Origin: an uncultured Actinomycetota bacterium
GTDB taxonomy: Bacteria; Actinomycetota; Actinomycetes; JAHEKZ01
Assembly: GCA_963743915.1 (NCBI GenBank)
Contig: CAVURN010000002.1
Location: 544,001 to 608,000 of the forward strand
Length of the DNA stretch: 64,000 nt
Direction of reading: 5' to 3'
In this document: one piece after another, positions 11,217 to 22,003 of the stretch
How the letters are laid out: the number at the start of each line of letters is the position of its first letter
Numbering within the stretch: position 1 is the first letter of the stretch
Notes under the pieces: model-generated
The model's input: only the letters and a program-made list of their open reading frames with translations
What the model was told of the DNA's origin: nothing
Database searches by the model: none
Program-made: the position numbers and the translations under genes

Positions 11217-13719
11217 CTACCGCGAGACGGACTCGCCCTCCCGAATGTAGGGAACGCCCGATGCCCGTTGGACGTCGACGCTCGCCTCCGGCTGCCGCAT
11301 GAGCCTCGACGGCCACCAGATGCGCCCGCCGATCTCGTAGGACAGCGCCGGCACCAGCAGCGAGCGCACGATCAACGTGTCCAGCAGGACGCCGGCCGCC
11401 ACCGCGAAGCCGATCTGCTGGAGCACCACCAGCGGCAGGACACCCAGCACCAGGAACGTCGCCGCGAGGACGACGCCGGCACTGGTGATGACGCCGCCGG
11501 TGACCGCCAGTCCGCGCAGCAGTCCTGGCCGGGTTCCGAGCTTCAACGCCTCCTCGCGCACTCGGGTCATCAGGAAGATGTTGTAGTCGATGCCGAGCGC
11601 GACCAGGAACACGAACGTGAAGAGCGGGAACGAGGCGTCCTCACCCGGGAACCCTCGGAGGTCGAACGCGATGGCCGACAGTCCCAGGGTCGCGAAGTAC
11701 GAGAGGACCACCGTGGCGACCAGCAGCACCGGGGCCAGGATGGCTCGCAGCAGGATCACCAGGATCACGAAGATGACCAGCAGCACCAAGCGGGATGACG
11801 ACCTTGTTGTCGCGGATGCTCGCCTGCTGGGTGTCGTAGTTGACCGCCGTCGTGCCACCGACGAGGGCGTCCGCACCGGCGACCTCATCGAGGACGCTGC
11901 GCATCTGGACCACGGTCTGCTCAGCGGCATCAGAGTCGGCTGCGTCAGTGAGTGTCACATCGAGCTGCACGAGACCGTCGACGACCAGCGGCTCGGGTTC
12001 GGACGGCGATGGTTGCGCCGGTTCCCCTGCCGGCGGCTCGGTGGGTGGCGCCGCCGGTTGACCGGTGTAGGGCACCACCGTTGCGACGCCGTCGAGGTCG
12101 GAGATCGCCGCCACCATCTCTGGCAGCGCGTCGGCCGGCCCGATGACGGTTGCCGGGCTTCCCTCTCCAGCAGGGAAGTGCTCGGCCAGCTTCTCCTGAC
12201 CGACCACCGAGTCGACGTCGTTGACGAACAGGTCGGTGGTGGCGATGCCGGAGGCCGACAGGGTCGTGGAGAAGAACGCCAGGACCAGGAGTCCGGCACC
12301 CGCACCGACCCAGACCACCCGCGGTCGGTGTCCGACCTGCCTGCTGACCTTGGCCCACGTCCCCGACAGCTTGTCGTCGTGCTTGTCCACGTGCGGCACC
12401 CGCGGCCAGAACGCCCACCTGACCGGCTCGACGTCAAGCAGCCGAGGTCGACCGCCGGGACGCGTGAGCTGACGCCACAGACCTCCGACGACGAGCCCGA
12501 TCAGGGTCAGCGCTGCGAGCACTCCCCCGACGAGTACGAACGGGAGCAGCGGGGTGTCAAAGACGAGCTCCAGGACGATGCCGGGGATGACCAGCCCGAG
12601 GAAGACGCCGAGCGGAAGGGCCGCCGAGGGCACCAGCAGCAGAGCGGGCAGCAGCGTGAGCATGACGACGAGGGCGGACGCGATGCCGACAGCCGCCACG
12701 GGACCGGTCGACTTGTTGGAGTTGAGCTCGGAGAAGAGCAGCATCAGCAGGCCGAGGGACGCGGTTCCTCCGGACGCAAGGATCGGCTCCACCGTGCCAC
12801 GCCATGCCGCCTTGAGGGCGTCCACGGGTCGTTCGTAGTAGTGCAGCTCCTCGCGGTACCGGCTCACCATGAGCAGGGCGTAGTCGGTCCCCGCACCGAA
12901 GACGAGCACCGTGAGGATGCCCTGGCTCTGACCGTTGAGGGTCAGGATGTCGTTGGTCGCCAGCAGGTAGACCACTGCGCTGGCCAGCGACAGCGCGAAC
13001 CCGGCGCTGACCAGAGGGATGACCCAGAGGAAGGGGCTGCGGTAGACGAGGATCAGGATCACGGTGACGACCAGCGCGGTCGCGAGCAGCAGCGTGCCGT
13101 CGATGTCGCCGAACACCGAGATGAGGTCCGCCAGCACGCCACCGGGGCCGGTGACATAGCTGTCCATTCCCACCGGGTCCGCCGCCTCCGAAGCGGCCTC
13201 CGACAGTGACTCCGCGACGGCGAGGACCGGTGACTCCCCGTTCGGCAGAGCGTCCGTGGTCTTGTCCTCCGACAACAGGACGGTGACCAGGATCGCCTGC
13301 CCGTCCTGGGAGGGGATCGCCGTGACCGGGGCCGAGCTGAGGAAGTCGCCAAGCTCTTGACCGTCACTGGCACTGTCGCCCGTCTGCACGAAGAGGGACG
13401 GCACCTCGTCGACGAAGGACGCCACCGCGTCCTGCTGCTCCGGGGTGACCTGGTCACCGGAGACGAAGAGCACGACGACCGGCAGCGTGGCCTCGGCCGC
13501 GAACTTCTGCTGCAGGTCGATCACCTGGGTGGCCTCGGCATCCGCCGGCAGGAACGTGGCGTTGTCGTTCTCCTGCGCCGTGGACAGCTGCCCCGCGGCC
13601 GGCCCGATCACCCCACCGAGGGCGAACCACCCGATGATCAGCACGATCGCACCCCACACCCAGGCACGCGCATGGCGCGTCCGTGCGTGCATCGCGTGCG
13701 TCGACCCTGCCTCGGACAC
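11217..13719 (-). CDS. MMPL/RND family transporter, frameshift near 11790
   Basis: VFGAGTDYALLMVSRYREEL and ALGIDYNIFLMTRVREE motifs, GGVITSAGVVLAATF, many TM segments. Confidence 0.92.
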
Positions 13720-13845
13720 GCCGGCTCCTCACATCGCTGATGGGGTGTTGACCGGGACGAATCTAGAGCAGGGCGCTGCTCCCCGCCCGCTCGGACCACA
13801 CGTCCGGCCCCGTTGCTGTCGCACCCCAGGACGTAGGGTGGAGGC

Positions 13846-14523
13846 ATGTCGCCGTCGGTCGTCCGCGTGGGCTTCAGCCCACCCCTGGGTGATGGCCTCG
13901 TCGACTACCACGCGGCCTGGCAGCTGCAGCAGCAGATCCACTCCGAGGTCGTCGCGGGCACCCGGGACGACACGGTGCTCCTGCTCGAGCACTCCGCCGT
14001 CTATACAGCGGGCAAACGCACGAACTCGTGGGAGCGTCCGACCGACGGCACGCCCGTCGTCGACGTCGACCGCGGAGGACGCATCACCTGGCACGGGCCC
14101 GGCCAGATCGTCGGCTACCCGATCACCCGGCTGCCCGACCCGGTCGACGTCGTCGCGTACGTGCGCCGCGTCGAGCAGGTCCTGATCGACGTGTGCGCCG
14201 ACCTCGGCGTCGACGCGGTGCGGGTCGACGGACGGAGCGGCGTCTGGCTGGCGGCCGACGAGCACGGACCGGAGCGCAAGGTCGGTGCGATCGGCGTCCG
14301 GGTCGCTCGGGGCGTGACGATGCACGGATTCGCCCTGAACGTGGCGAACTCCCTGGACGCGTACGACGTGATCGTGCCGTGCGGGATCAGGGACGCGGGT
14401 GTGACCACTCTGTCGATCGAACGTCAGCGCCGTGGCCGCTCCCCCGTCGCTGTCGCAGACGTGGTACCCGTCGTCGAGTCCCACCTGCCCACCGTGGTGT
14501 CGCCGGGGGTGCTGACCCGATGA
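13846..14523 (+). CDS. lipB: Lipoyl(octanoyl) transferase
   Basis: [33 protein letters not shown]...[16 protein letters not shown]. Confidence 0.97.
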   Translation: MSPSVVRVGFSPPLGDGLVDYHAAWQLQQQIHSEVVAGTRDDTVLLLEHSAVYTAGKRTNSWERPTDGTPVVDVDRGGRITWHGPGQIVGYPITRLPDPVDVVAYVRRVEQVLIDVCADLGVDAVRVDGRSGVWLAADEHGPERKVGAIGVRVARGVTMHGFALNVANSLDAYDVIVPCGIRDAGVTTLSIERQRRGRSPVAVADVVPVVESHLPTVVSPGVLTR

Positions 14524-15482
14524 CCGTCGCACCCGAGGGCCGCAAGCTGCTCAGGCTGGAGGCTCGCAACGCGCAGACGCCGATCGAGCGCAAACCACCC
14601 TGGATCAAGACTCGGCTGAAAACCGGCCCGGAGTACCAGCAGATCAAGCAGCTCGTCCGCGACGAGGGCTTGCACACGGTGTGCGAAGCGGCCGGCTGCC
14701 CGAACATCTTCGAGTGCTGGGAGGACCGTGAGGCCACGTTCCTCATCGGCGGCGACCAGTGCACCCGGCGGTGCGACTTCTGCCAGATCGACACGGGCAA
14801 GCCCCAGGCGCTGGACGCCGACGAGCCTCGCCGTGTCGCCGAGAGCGTCGCGTCAATGGCGCTCCGCTACGCGACGGTCACCGGCGTCGCGCGCGACGAC
14901 CTCGCGGACGAGGGCGCGTGGCTCTACGCCGAGACCGTTCGCCAGATCCACGCCCTCAACCCGGACACCGGTGTCGAGCTGCTGATCCCCGACTTCTCCG
15001 GTGACCCTGCGCTGCTCGCGCAGGTCTTCGACTCGCGCCCGGAGGTGCTGGCGCACAATGTCGAGACCGTTCCCCGGATCTTCCGGCGGATCAGGCCCGG
15101 CTTCCGCTACGAGCGGTCGCTGGCGGTGCTCACCGCCGCGCGCGAGGCCGGTCTGGTCACCAAGTCCAACCTCATCCTCGGCCTCGGCGAGCAGACCGAC
15201 GAGGTGGTGGACGCCATCGACCAGCTCGTCGCAGCCGGATGTGAGCTGCTCACGATCACCCAGTACCTGCGACCCAGCGAACGGCACCATCCGATCGACC
15301 GTTGGGTCACGCCCGAGGAGTTCGACCGGCTCGGGACACTCGCGCTCGAGCGCGGCATCGTCGGGGTCATGAGCGGCCCGCTGGTCCGGTCGTCCTACCG
15401 CGCCGGACGCCTGTATCGCCAGGCTGTCGGGGCCCGTGAAGAGGCGGCGGTGACCGACGTCGCGCCCCACACGGTCCGATGA
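14520..15482 (+). CDS. lipA: Lipoyl synthase
   Basis: [12 protein letters not shown] and CTRRCDFC Fe-S motifs, RSSYRA; ATGA overlap with lipB. Confidence 0.97.
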   Translation: MTVAPEGRKLLRLEARNAQTPIERKPPWIKTRLKTGPEYQQIKQLVRDEGLHTVCEAAGCPNIFECWEDREATFLIGGDQCTRRCDFCQIDTGKPQALDADEPRRVAESVASMALRYATVTGVARDDLADEGAWLYAETVRQIHALNPDTGVELLIPDFSGDPALLAQVFDSRPEVLAHNVETVPRIFRRIRPGFRYERSLAVLTAAREAGLVTKSNLILGLGEQTDEVVDAIDQLVAAGCELLTITQYLRPSERHHPIDRWVTPEEFDRLGTLALERGIVGVMSGPLVRSSYRAGRLYRQAVGAREEAAVTDVAPHTVR

Positions 15483-15508
15483 CCGCCGGTCGGTCGTAGG
15501 CTTCCCCC

Positions 15509-16213
15509 ATGTTCCGGAAGAAGAAGGATGACGGGGAGGCCCCCGCCAAGCAGGGTCGCCTCGCGCAGATCAAGCAGACCTACACCATCACCAAGGAGTC
15601 CGACCCTCGGATCGGGCTGATCCTGCTCGCCGTCTTCCTCCTGCCCTTCCTCGCCCTGCTCGGCGTCGGGTTCCTCATCGACAGCCCGATCCTGCTCGGC
15701 GTCCTCGGGTTCTTCACCGGGCTGACCCTCGCCATGTGGATCTTCGGACGCCGCGCCGAGCGCGCCGTCTACGGCCAGCTCGAGGGCCAGATGGGCGCGG
15801 CGGCAGCTGCCCTCAACGTGCTCAAGCGCGGCTGGACGGTGACTCCGGCCGTCGCCTTCACCAAGCAGCAGGACCTCGCGCACCGCGTCGTCGGACGCGC
15901 GGGCGTCGTCCTGGTGGGTGAAGGCAGCAGCCCCTCACGGATCCAGCACCTGCTCGTCCAGGAGAAGCGGAAGGTGCAGCGGGTCGCCCCCGACGTCGCC
16001 GTGCACGAGATCGTCGCGGGCAACGGCGAGGGGCAGGTGCCGCTCCGCAAGCTGCCCCGCGCCGTCACCAAGCTGCCGAAGTCGCTGACCCCGGCACAGG
16101 TCAACGAGCTCAACCACCGCCTGCGGGCGTTGCAGGCGCAGCAGGGACAGCTGCCGATCCCGAAGGGCCCGATGCCGCGCAGCACCAAGCAGGCGCGCAG
16201 CATGCGCGGCTGA
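15509..16213 (+). CDS. DUF4191 family membrane protein
   Basis: Two TM helices, HRVVGRAGVVLVGEG, GQVPLRKL, IPKGPMP; conserved position after lipA. Confidence 0.9.
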   Translation: MFRKKKDDGEAPAKQGRLAQIKQTYTITKESDPRIGLILLAVFLLPFLALLGVGFLIDSPILLGVLGFFTGLTLAMWIFGRRAERAVYGQLEGQMGAAAAALNVLKRGWTVTPAVAFTKQQDLAHRVVGRAGVVLVGEGSSPSRIQHLLVQEKRKVQRVAPDVAVHEIVAGNGEGQVPLRKLPRAVTKLPKSLTPAQVNELNHRLRALQAQQGQLPIPKGPMPRSTKQARSMRG

Positions 16214-16220
16214 CGGCCCG

Positions 16221-16760
16221 ATGGCCGCGTCTCCGGATCGCGCACGTCTCGGGTCGCATGGCGGAGTCACCTTCACGCTGCGCGGTGCGGACTGCGTCGA
16301 CCAGCTGGAGCCGTTGTGGTTGCTCCTCTTCGACCATCACCGGTCGGTGGGCGATGCCGGCATCCGCACCATCGAGCGTCATCGCTCATGGCCACGCCGG
16401 CGTCGACTCTACGAGGGGATGTTCGAGAAGCCCGGCACGTTCGTCGTCCTCGTCGAGCGGGACGGGCAGTCGGTCGGATATGCCTTCTGCCATCTGCACG
16501 AAGGAGCCGATGACACCTGGGACACCGGTGACCTCCTGGGCGAGATCGAGACCTTGGTGCTCGCCCCGCACGTACGAGGGTCAGGGCTGGGGAACGCGCT
16601 GATGGACGTCGCGGAGGCCGAGCTGAGCCGCCGTGGCGCCGATGACGTGGTCACCGCTGTGCTGGAGGGGAATGACCGTGCCCGGGCCTTCTACCTGGCA
16701 CGCGGGATGCGACCGACCGTGACGCACCTGATGAAGATCAGACCATCAGCGGAGGGTTAA
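16221..16760 (+). CDS. GNAT family N-acetyltransferase
   Basis: EIETLVLAPHVRGSGLGNALM, GNDRARAFY. Confidence 0.85.
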   Translation: MAASPDRARLGSHGGVTFTLRGADCVDQLEPLWLLLFDHHRSVGDAGIRTIERHRSWPRRRRLYEGMFEKPGTFVVLVERDGQSVGYAFCHLHEGADDTWDTGDLLGEIETLVLAPHVRGSGLGNALMDVAEAELSRRGADDVVTAVLEGNDRARAFYLARGMRPTVTHLMKIRPSAEG

Positions 16761-17227
16761 CGGACGCGGGCGACGACGGTCCCGCCGACGCGGTCGTGCA
16801 GACCTCGTCGATCGCGGTCGTAGATCACCGCGGGGATCACGAGCGCCAGCAGCACCGACCGCCCCACGATGCGCAGCAGCGAGAACCGCTGCGCCCCTAC
16901 CGGGAGCACATTGAGGCCGAGGACCCACATGCCGATCGTTGCTCCGGCCGTCATGAGCAGCACCACGTACATGACGACCAGGACCCCGAGGTTCACCAGT
17001 CCGAAGGTGTCGTCACCGGGCTCCGGCGGGCCGACGATGGCGAGGGACACACCCAGGACGACGAACCAGTCGATGACGAGGGCCAACACCCGGCGCCCCC
17101 ACGGAGCTGCTGACCGAGGACCGGCCTCCGGCATCCTGAGGCGCTCCCCCGGGTAGCCCTCGCTGCCGTCCAGTCCTGTGTCGATGCGCGGTCCGGACAG
17201 CCACGATCCGATGTCTCTGCGGTCCAC
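16757..17227 (-). CDS. RDD family membrane protein
   Basis: MDRRDIGSWLSGP, YPGERL, GRRVLALVIDW, RGLHDR. Confidence 0.92.
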   Translation of the reverse strand: MDRRDIGSWLSGPRIDTGLDGSEGYPGERLRMPEAGPRSAAPWGRRVLALVIDWFVVLGVSLAIVGPPEPGDDTFGLVNLGVLVVMYVVLLMTAGATIGMWVLGLNVLPVGAQRFSLLRIVGRSVLLALVIPAVIYDRDRRGLHDRVGGTVVARVR

Positions 17228-17284
17228 GCCCCCACGGTACGGCGCGACCCCCGACGCCGCACGACGGTGGTGTCGAAGAACGTG

Positions 17285-17320
17285 CGGGGGCTGAGGTGGC
17301 CATGGCCACCTCAGCCCCCG
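17285..17320. terminator. Perfect 36-bp palindrome downstream of hsp20, probable terminator
   Basis: cgggggctgaggtggcca|tggccacctcagcccccg. Confidence 0.6.
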
Positions 17321-17363
17321 GGGTCACCGTCACGAGCGTCTGACGCGTCGTGGCGGCGGCGTC

Positions 17364-17858
17364 CTACTCCGTGGTCCCTTCGATCACGGCACGCCGCTGG
17401 GTGTCGCGTCCCCGGTTGATCTCGACCTTCTGCGGCTGAGGTTCCGGTTGTGTGACTCCCTTGATCCGGATCTCGAGGATTCCGTTCTCATACGCGGCCT
17501 CGACGTCGTCACCGGTGATGCCCGGCGGCAGCGCGAACTCGCGGCGGAAGGACCCGTACCGGTGCTCACGCACCAGTACCTTGCGGTCCTCGGACTCCTC
17601 GGCGATGGACTCTTCCCGGTGTCCGCTCACCCGCAGGCGGCTGTCGTGGACCTCGATCTCGACGTCCTTGTCGATGTCGATGCCCGGCAGCTCCAGGCGG
17701 ACCAGCACGTCGGTTCCCTCGGTCACCATCTCGACGGGCGGCACGAAGCCGGCCGTCATCGCTCCCCGGGGGCCTCCCCAGGTGCGGCGAACCAGGTCAT
17801 CGAAGTCACGGTCCAGCCGAGACAGGGTGGTGAAGGGGTCCCAAGACATGATGGACAT
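17364..17858 (-). CDS. Hsp20/alpha-crystallin small heat-shock protein
   Basis: WDPF, ELPGID, EHRYGSFRREFALP, AAYENGILEI; GGAGG RBS before ATG 17858. Confidence 0.93.
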   Translation of the reverse strand: MSIMSWDPFTTLSRLDRDFDDLVRRTWGGPRGAMTAGFVPPVEMVTEGTDVLVRLELPGIDIDKDVEIEVHDSRLRVSGHREESIAEESEDRKVLVREHRYGSFRREFALPPGITGDDVEAAYENGILEIRIKGVTQPEPQPQKVEINRGRDTQRRAVIEGTTE

Positions 17859-18029
17859 GCAGCACCTCCTCGGAGGATCACGCCTCCGGGCCCTTCCCGG
17901 AGGGCACAGTCCCAGGATAAGCACTGGTCAGAGCGCTCGCCAGGGGCCGAAGTCCAGGCACCCAGCGCAGTGTGCGAGGTCGGAAACTCTTGCCGGTCTC
18001 ACCGGCACTTGTTTCCGCTCTTGGCCCAC

Positions 18030-18548
18030 TCAGCCGACGCGATCCAGCCACCACCGAGCGGCCGCCGGACGCCGGAGGCGCACCTTGTGCAGGTCGGCGT
18101 ACCGAGGATCGGCGAAGCGGTCTTCCAGGTCGGTCTTGCGAGCGGCGTAGGCGCGCATCGACCACTGCACCGGGTGTTCAGGGTCGAGCCAGTCCCGAAA
18201 GCTCTCAGTGTTCCCGTTGAACAGCTCCCGGCGATCCAGGGCCCGGGCCGCCGAGCGGGTGAGCACCCGACGCATCACGACCGGTCGCGAGTAGTCCAGC
18301 CACACCGCGCCGTCGGCACGGGACCACAGCAGGTCCCTGACCTGCGCATACCCCTGCGAGTCGAGCACCCACGCATCCTCGGCCGCGAGACGCTCGACGT
18401 CCTCGACGAAGGTCGGGATCGGCCTCCAGCCCGGTCCGTGGAACAGGGCGTCCATCTCGTGGTACGGCAGGTCCAGCCGCTGGGCGAGCTCGCGGGCGAA
18501 GGTGGTCTTGCCCGATCCGGTGATGCCGCACACGAGGATCCGACGCAC
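18030..18548 (-). CDS. P-loop nucleoside monophosphate kinase-like protein (adenylate kinase/FlaR-like)
   Basis: GITGSGKTT Walker A, MDALFHGPGW, ADGAVWLD, NGNTESFR. Confidence 0.85.
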   Translation of the reverse strand: MRRILVCGITGSGKTTFARELAQRLDLPYHEMDALFHGPGWRPIPTFVEDVERLAAEDAWVLDSQGYAQVRDLLWSRADGAVWLDYSRPVVMRRVLTRSAARALDRRELFNGNTESFRDWLDPEHPVQWSMRAYAARKTDLEDRFADPRYADLHKVRLRRPAAARWWLDRVG

Positions 18549-18576
18549 CGGAGCAGCGTAGGACCCTGGCCCGCAG

Positions 18577-18614
18577 GTAACGCGGCTGAAACACTGGGGA
18601 CACCGAAGGGAAAC
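18577..18614 (+). promoter_or_regulatory. Tandem GlnR box upstream of glnA
   Basis: GTAAC-n6-GAAAC-n6-GACAC-n6-GAAAC matches the actinobacterial GlnR consensus gTnAc-n6-GaAAc, doubled. Confidence 0.85.
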
Positions 18615-18690
18615 TGCTCCGCCCTAGCGTGAGCCACGTTCTGCCCGCCCCGGCTCGTGGGGAAGCGAGCCGGCCGCCCCCAGGAGAGGC

Positions 18691-20115
18691 ATGTTCACCA
18701 GCGCTGACGAGGTCCTCGGCTTCATCAAGAACAACGACGTGAAATTCGTCGACGTCCGTTTCTGCGACCTGCCGGGGGTGATGCAGCACTTCAACGTTCC
18801 GGCATCCAGCTTCGACAGCGCCGCCTTCGACGAAGGACTGATGTTCGACGGCTCCTCCATCCGTGGCTTCCAGGCGATCCACGAGTCCGACATGAAGCTC
18901 GTGCCGGACCCGAAGACCGCCTTCATCGACCCGTTCCGCGCCGAGAAGACGCTCGTCATGAACTTCTCGATCCGCGACCCCTTCACCGACGAGCCGTACA
19001 GCCGTGACCCGCGCAACATCGCGGCCAAGGCCGAGGAGTACCTGAAGAGCACGGGGATCGCCGACACGGTCTACTTCGGTGCTGAGGCCGAGTTCTACGT
19101 CTTCGACGACGTGCGCTTCGAGACCAAGCAGAACACCGCGAGCTACTTCGTCGACTCCATCGAGGGAGCGTGGAACAGTGCGCGGCACGAGGACGGCGGG
19201 AACCTCGGTTACAAGACGCGCTTCAAGGGCGGATACTTCCCCGTGCCTCCCGTCGACCACTTCGCCGACCTGCGTGACGAGATGTCGCTGGTGCTCGGCG
19301 AGGTCGGCATCGACGTCGAGCGCGCGCACCACGAGGTCGGCACTGGCGGGCAGGCCGAGATCAACTACCGCTTCTCGACGCTCACCCACTCCGCCGACCA
19401 GATCATGCTCTTCAAGTACGTGATCAAGAACGTGGCGTGGAAGAACGGACGCACCGCGACCTTCATGCCCAAGCCCCTCTTCGGCGACAACGGTTCTGGC
19501 ATGCACTGCCACCAGAGCCTCTGGAAGGACGGCGTCCCGCTCTTCTACGACGAGATGGGTTATGGCGGTCTGTCCGACACCGCCCGTCACTACATCGGCG
19601 GCCTGCTCGCACACGCGCCGAGCCTGCTGGCCTTCACGAACCCGACGGTCAACAGCTACCGACGCCTCGTGCCCGGCTACGAGGCACCGGTCAACCTCGT
19701 CTACTCGCAGCGCAACCGATCGGCCTGCATCCGCATCCCGATCACCGGCAGCAACCCCAAGGCCAAGCGCATCGAGTTCCGGGTTCCCGACCCCTCGGCC
19801 AACCCCTACCTCGCCTTCGCCGCCATGCTGCTCGCCGGGATCGACGGCGTGAAGAACAAGATCGAGCCGCCGGAGCCGGTCGACAAGGACCTCTACGAGC
19901 TCCCGCCGGACGAGCGTGCCGACATCCCGCAGGTGCCCGGTTCACTTCCCGAGGTGCTCGACGCCCTCGAGAAGGACCACGACTACCTGCTCGAGGGTGG
20001 CGTCTTCAGCCAGGACCTGCTCGAGACCTGGATCGACTGGAAGCGCGCGAACGAGGTCGCTCCGATCCAGCTGCGTCCGACTCCGCACGAGTTCGAGCTC
20101 TATTACGACATCTGA
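18691..20115 (+). CDS. glnA: Glutamine synthetase type I
   Basis: [45 protein letters not shown], adenylylation site DKDLYEL. Confidence 0.98.
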   Translation: MFTSADEVLGFIKNNDVKFVDVRFCDLPGVMQHFNVPASSFDSAAFDEGLMFDGSSIRGFQAIHESDMKLVPDPKTAFIDPFRAEKTLVMNFSIRDPFTDEPYSRDPRNIAAKAEEYLKSTGIADTVYFGAEAEFYVFDDVRFETKQNTASYFVDSIEGAWNSARHEDGGNLGYKTRFKGGYFPVPPVDHFADLRDEMSLVLGEVGIDVERAHHEVGTGGQAEINYRFSTLTHSADQIMLFKYVIKNVAWKNGRTATFMPKPLFGDNGSGMHCHQSLWKDGVPLFYDEMGYGGLSDTARHYIGGLLAHAPSLLAFTNPTVNSYRRLVPGYEAPVNLVYSQRNRSACIRIPITGSNPKAKRIEFRVPDPSANPYLAFAAMLLAGIDGVKNKIEPPEPVDKDLYELPPDERADIPQVPGSLPEVLDALEKDHDYLLEGGVFSQDLLETWIDWKRANEVAPIQLRPTPHEFELYYDI

Positions 20116-20124
20116 GCAACCGCA

Positions 20125-20163
20125 GGACGATGCCCGCGCCCGATACTGGCGCGGGCATCGTCC
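20125..20163. terminator. Hairpin terminator after glnA
   Basis: 16-bp stem ggacgatgcccgcgcc / ggcgcgggcatcgtcc, 7-nt loop, between convergent genes. Confidence 0.8.
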
Positions 20164-20171
20164 ATTCCGAC

Positions 20172-21104
20172 TCAGCGGACTGGGACGTGAAGGTCGGTCA
20201 TCGCCCGCTGACGAAGAGCGATGCCGGCCGTGGCACCGACGATGATGAGCGCCCCCAACAGCTGACGAGGGTCCAGCCGCTCTCCGAGCAGGTAGGCGGC
20301 TGCCACTCCGAACACCGGAATGAGGGGCAGGAATGCTCCCGCGTAGGACGCAGGTACCTGGCGCAGTCCGGCGACGTAGAAGGTGAACCCGAGACCGTAG
20401 TAGAGGAAGCCTGACGCAGCCGCCCCCATCCAGTCCCCGGTACTGAGTCCGGTCGTCTCCCATCCGGTGCCCCCTGCGAGCTCGACGACGGTTGCCAGGA
20501 CGACGGCGAAGCCGAACGCCGCAAGCTGCTGGGCGAGCACCACCGTGAGCGACGAGTCGTCGAGCAGCATGCGCCGGGTGAGAACGGTGTACACCGCGCA
20601 GAACCCGATGGACACCAACGTGAGGACGATGCCGATGGGCTCGCCACTGGCCCCGGGCTGGTACAGCACCATCAGCGCGCCAGTCACCGCGACGGCGATC
20701 AGGGCCGCGAGTGTCGCCGAGATGTGCTCCTTGAGCACGAGGGCTGCCAGGAGCAGGATGACGACAGGTTCAAGAGCCCACAGCAGCACGGACAGACTCG
20801 CCGTGATGGTTGTGAGCCCGACCAGCCCGAGGGCGTAGGCGATGCCGGGGTTGAGGACGCCCAGGGCGGCGAGTCGACGCACAGGCGGCGTCCACGCAAG
20901 TCGATCACGACGCACCATGGTGATCAGTGCCAGCAGCCCACAGCTGGCGGCGAGCTGTACGGGAAGCAAGGTGAAGGGGGTGACCTCGTCCACGAGCTGT
21001 TTCGAGACCACGGTGCCGAGACCCCAGCAGGCCGCTGCGGCTACGAGCGCGGCGACGGCAGTGGGCGCAACATGCGCGCCAGGGCGCGCGTGACGAACAG
21101 ACAT
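20172..21104 (-). CDS. EamA/DMT family transporter
   Basis: About 10 TM helices, CWGLGTVVSK, LEPVVILLLAALVLKE, PVFGVAAAYLLGE. Confidence 0.9.
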   Translation of the reverse strand: MSVRHARPGAHVAPTAVAALVAAAACWGLGTVVSKQLVDEVTPFTLLPVQLAASCGLLALITMVRRDRLAWTPPVRRLAALGVLNPGIAYALGLVGLTTITASLSVLLWALEPVVILLLAALVLKEHISATLAALIAVAVTGALMVLYQPGASGEPIGIVLTLVSIGFCAVYTVLTRRMLLDDSSLTVVLAQQLAAFGFAVVLATVVELAGGTGWETTGLSTGDWMGAAASGFLYYGLGFTFYVAGLRQVPASYAGAFLPLIPVFGVAAAYLLGERLDPRQLLGALIIVGATAGIALRQRAMTDLHVPVR

Positions 21105-21268
21105 GGCAACACTCCCGCGATGATTCAGACAGGACCGAGATCAGAACCGCACTCGCGGCTGAGCCGCGTCAGTGGGACGCGTCTTCCTCATCGCAGCAGT
21201 CGTAGGCAGGAACCCGACAGGGCTTCGCCAGCCCTCGGGAACACACCTGCCCGGCCATGGGGCGAAGG

Positions 21269-21880
21269 CTACTCCCCCATCGGTGCGTCGGGGTCCAGCG
21301 CAGGATCACCCTCCGGCAGGACGTCGATCGCCCAGTCGGACCTCTTCCATGAGGGCACCGGTGTCCGCCGACCCTCCCGAGGAACGAAGGTGGATATCTC
21401 CACCGGTTCCATGCGATGGATATAGCGCGGACAGTTGGGCCAGATGGCGGTCGTGTGCACCCGCACGACGAACTGCGCTTCCGGGTAGTCGGGCAGGAGC
21501 TCGTCGTCGTGGTCGATGGTGGCTGAGCCCTGAAGGCGGAGCCGATGCCCCTTCTGCCAGTTGATGAAGAGCATGCCCACCATGCTGCTCTCCAGGATGT
21601 TGCCCATCGCCATGTACATGCCGTTGCCGTTGTAGTTCGGAAAAGCGAGGGTTCGCTCGTCGACCGCTTGCACGAATCCCGGTGCACCGCCCTTGTAGCC
21701 GACGGTGGGCACACCGTCGGGCGTCACGGTGGCCAAGAAGAAGTGGTCCAGCGACTGGATGAAGGAGACATCGGAGCTGCTGAGTGTTTCGTTGACCAGG
21801 ACTTCCTCCAGCCGGTCCGCGAGACGGCGGGTGTCGAACTGGTCCTGCATGGCGCGGTTGCCGCGGTGGTAGATGGACAT
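21269..21880 (-). CDS. Pyridoxamine 5'-phosphate oxidase-like FMN-binding protein
   Basis: YHRGNRAMQDQFDTRRLADR, YKGGAPGFV, PNYNGNGM, NCPRYIHRM. Confidence 0.88.
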   Translation of the reverse strand: MSIYHRGNRAMQDQFDTRRLADRLEEVLVNETLSSSDVSFIQSLDHFFLATVTPDGVPTVGYKGGAPGFVQAVDERTLAFPNYNGNGMYMAMGNILESSMVGMLFINWQKGHRLRLQGSATIDHDDELLPDYPEAQFVVRVHTTAIWPNCPRYIHRMEPVEISTFVPREGRRTPVPSWKRSDWAIDVLPEGDPALDPDAPMGE

Positions 21881-22003
21881 TCCGTGCTCATCTCGTCGCG
21901 AAGGCAGATGGACACACGCTAGGACCACGGCGGGACGAGCAGCAGGCCCCAATGGGCTAGTCAGCTGAACCGGCACGGGACCGTAGGGCAGTGCGCTCTG
22001 GCG

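Noticed and set aside
17905-17960. CIRCE or HAIR heat-shock operator before hsp20
   Set aside because: Only a partial AGCACT half-site; no matching inverted arm at the required spacing.
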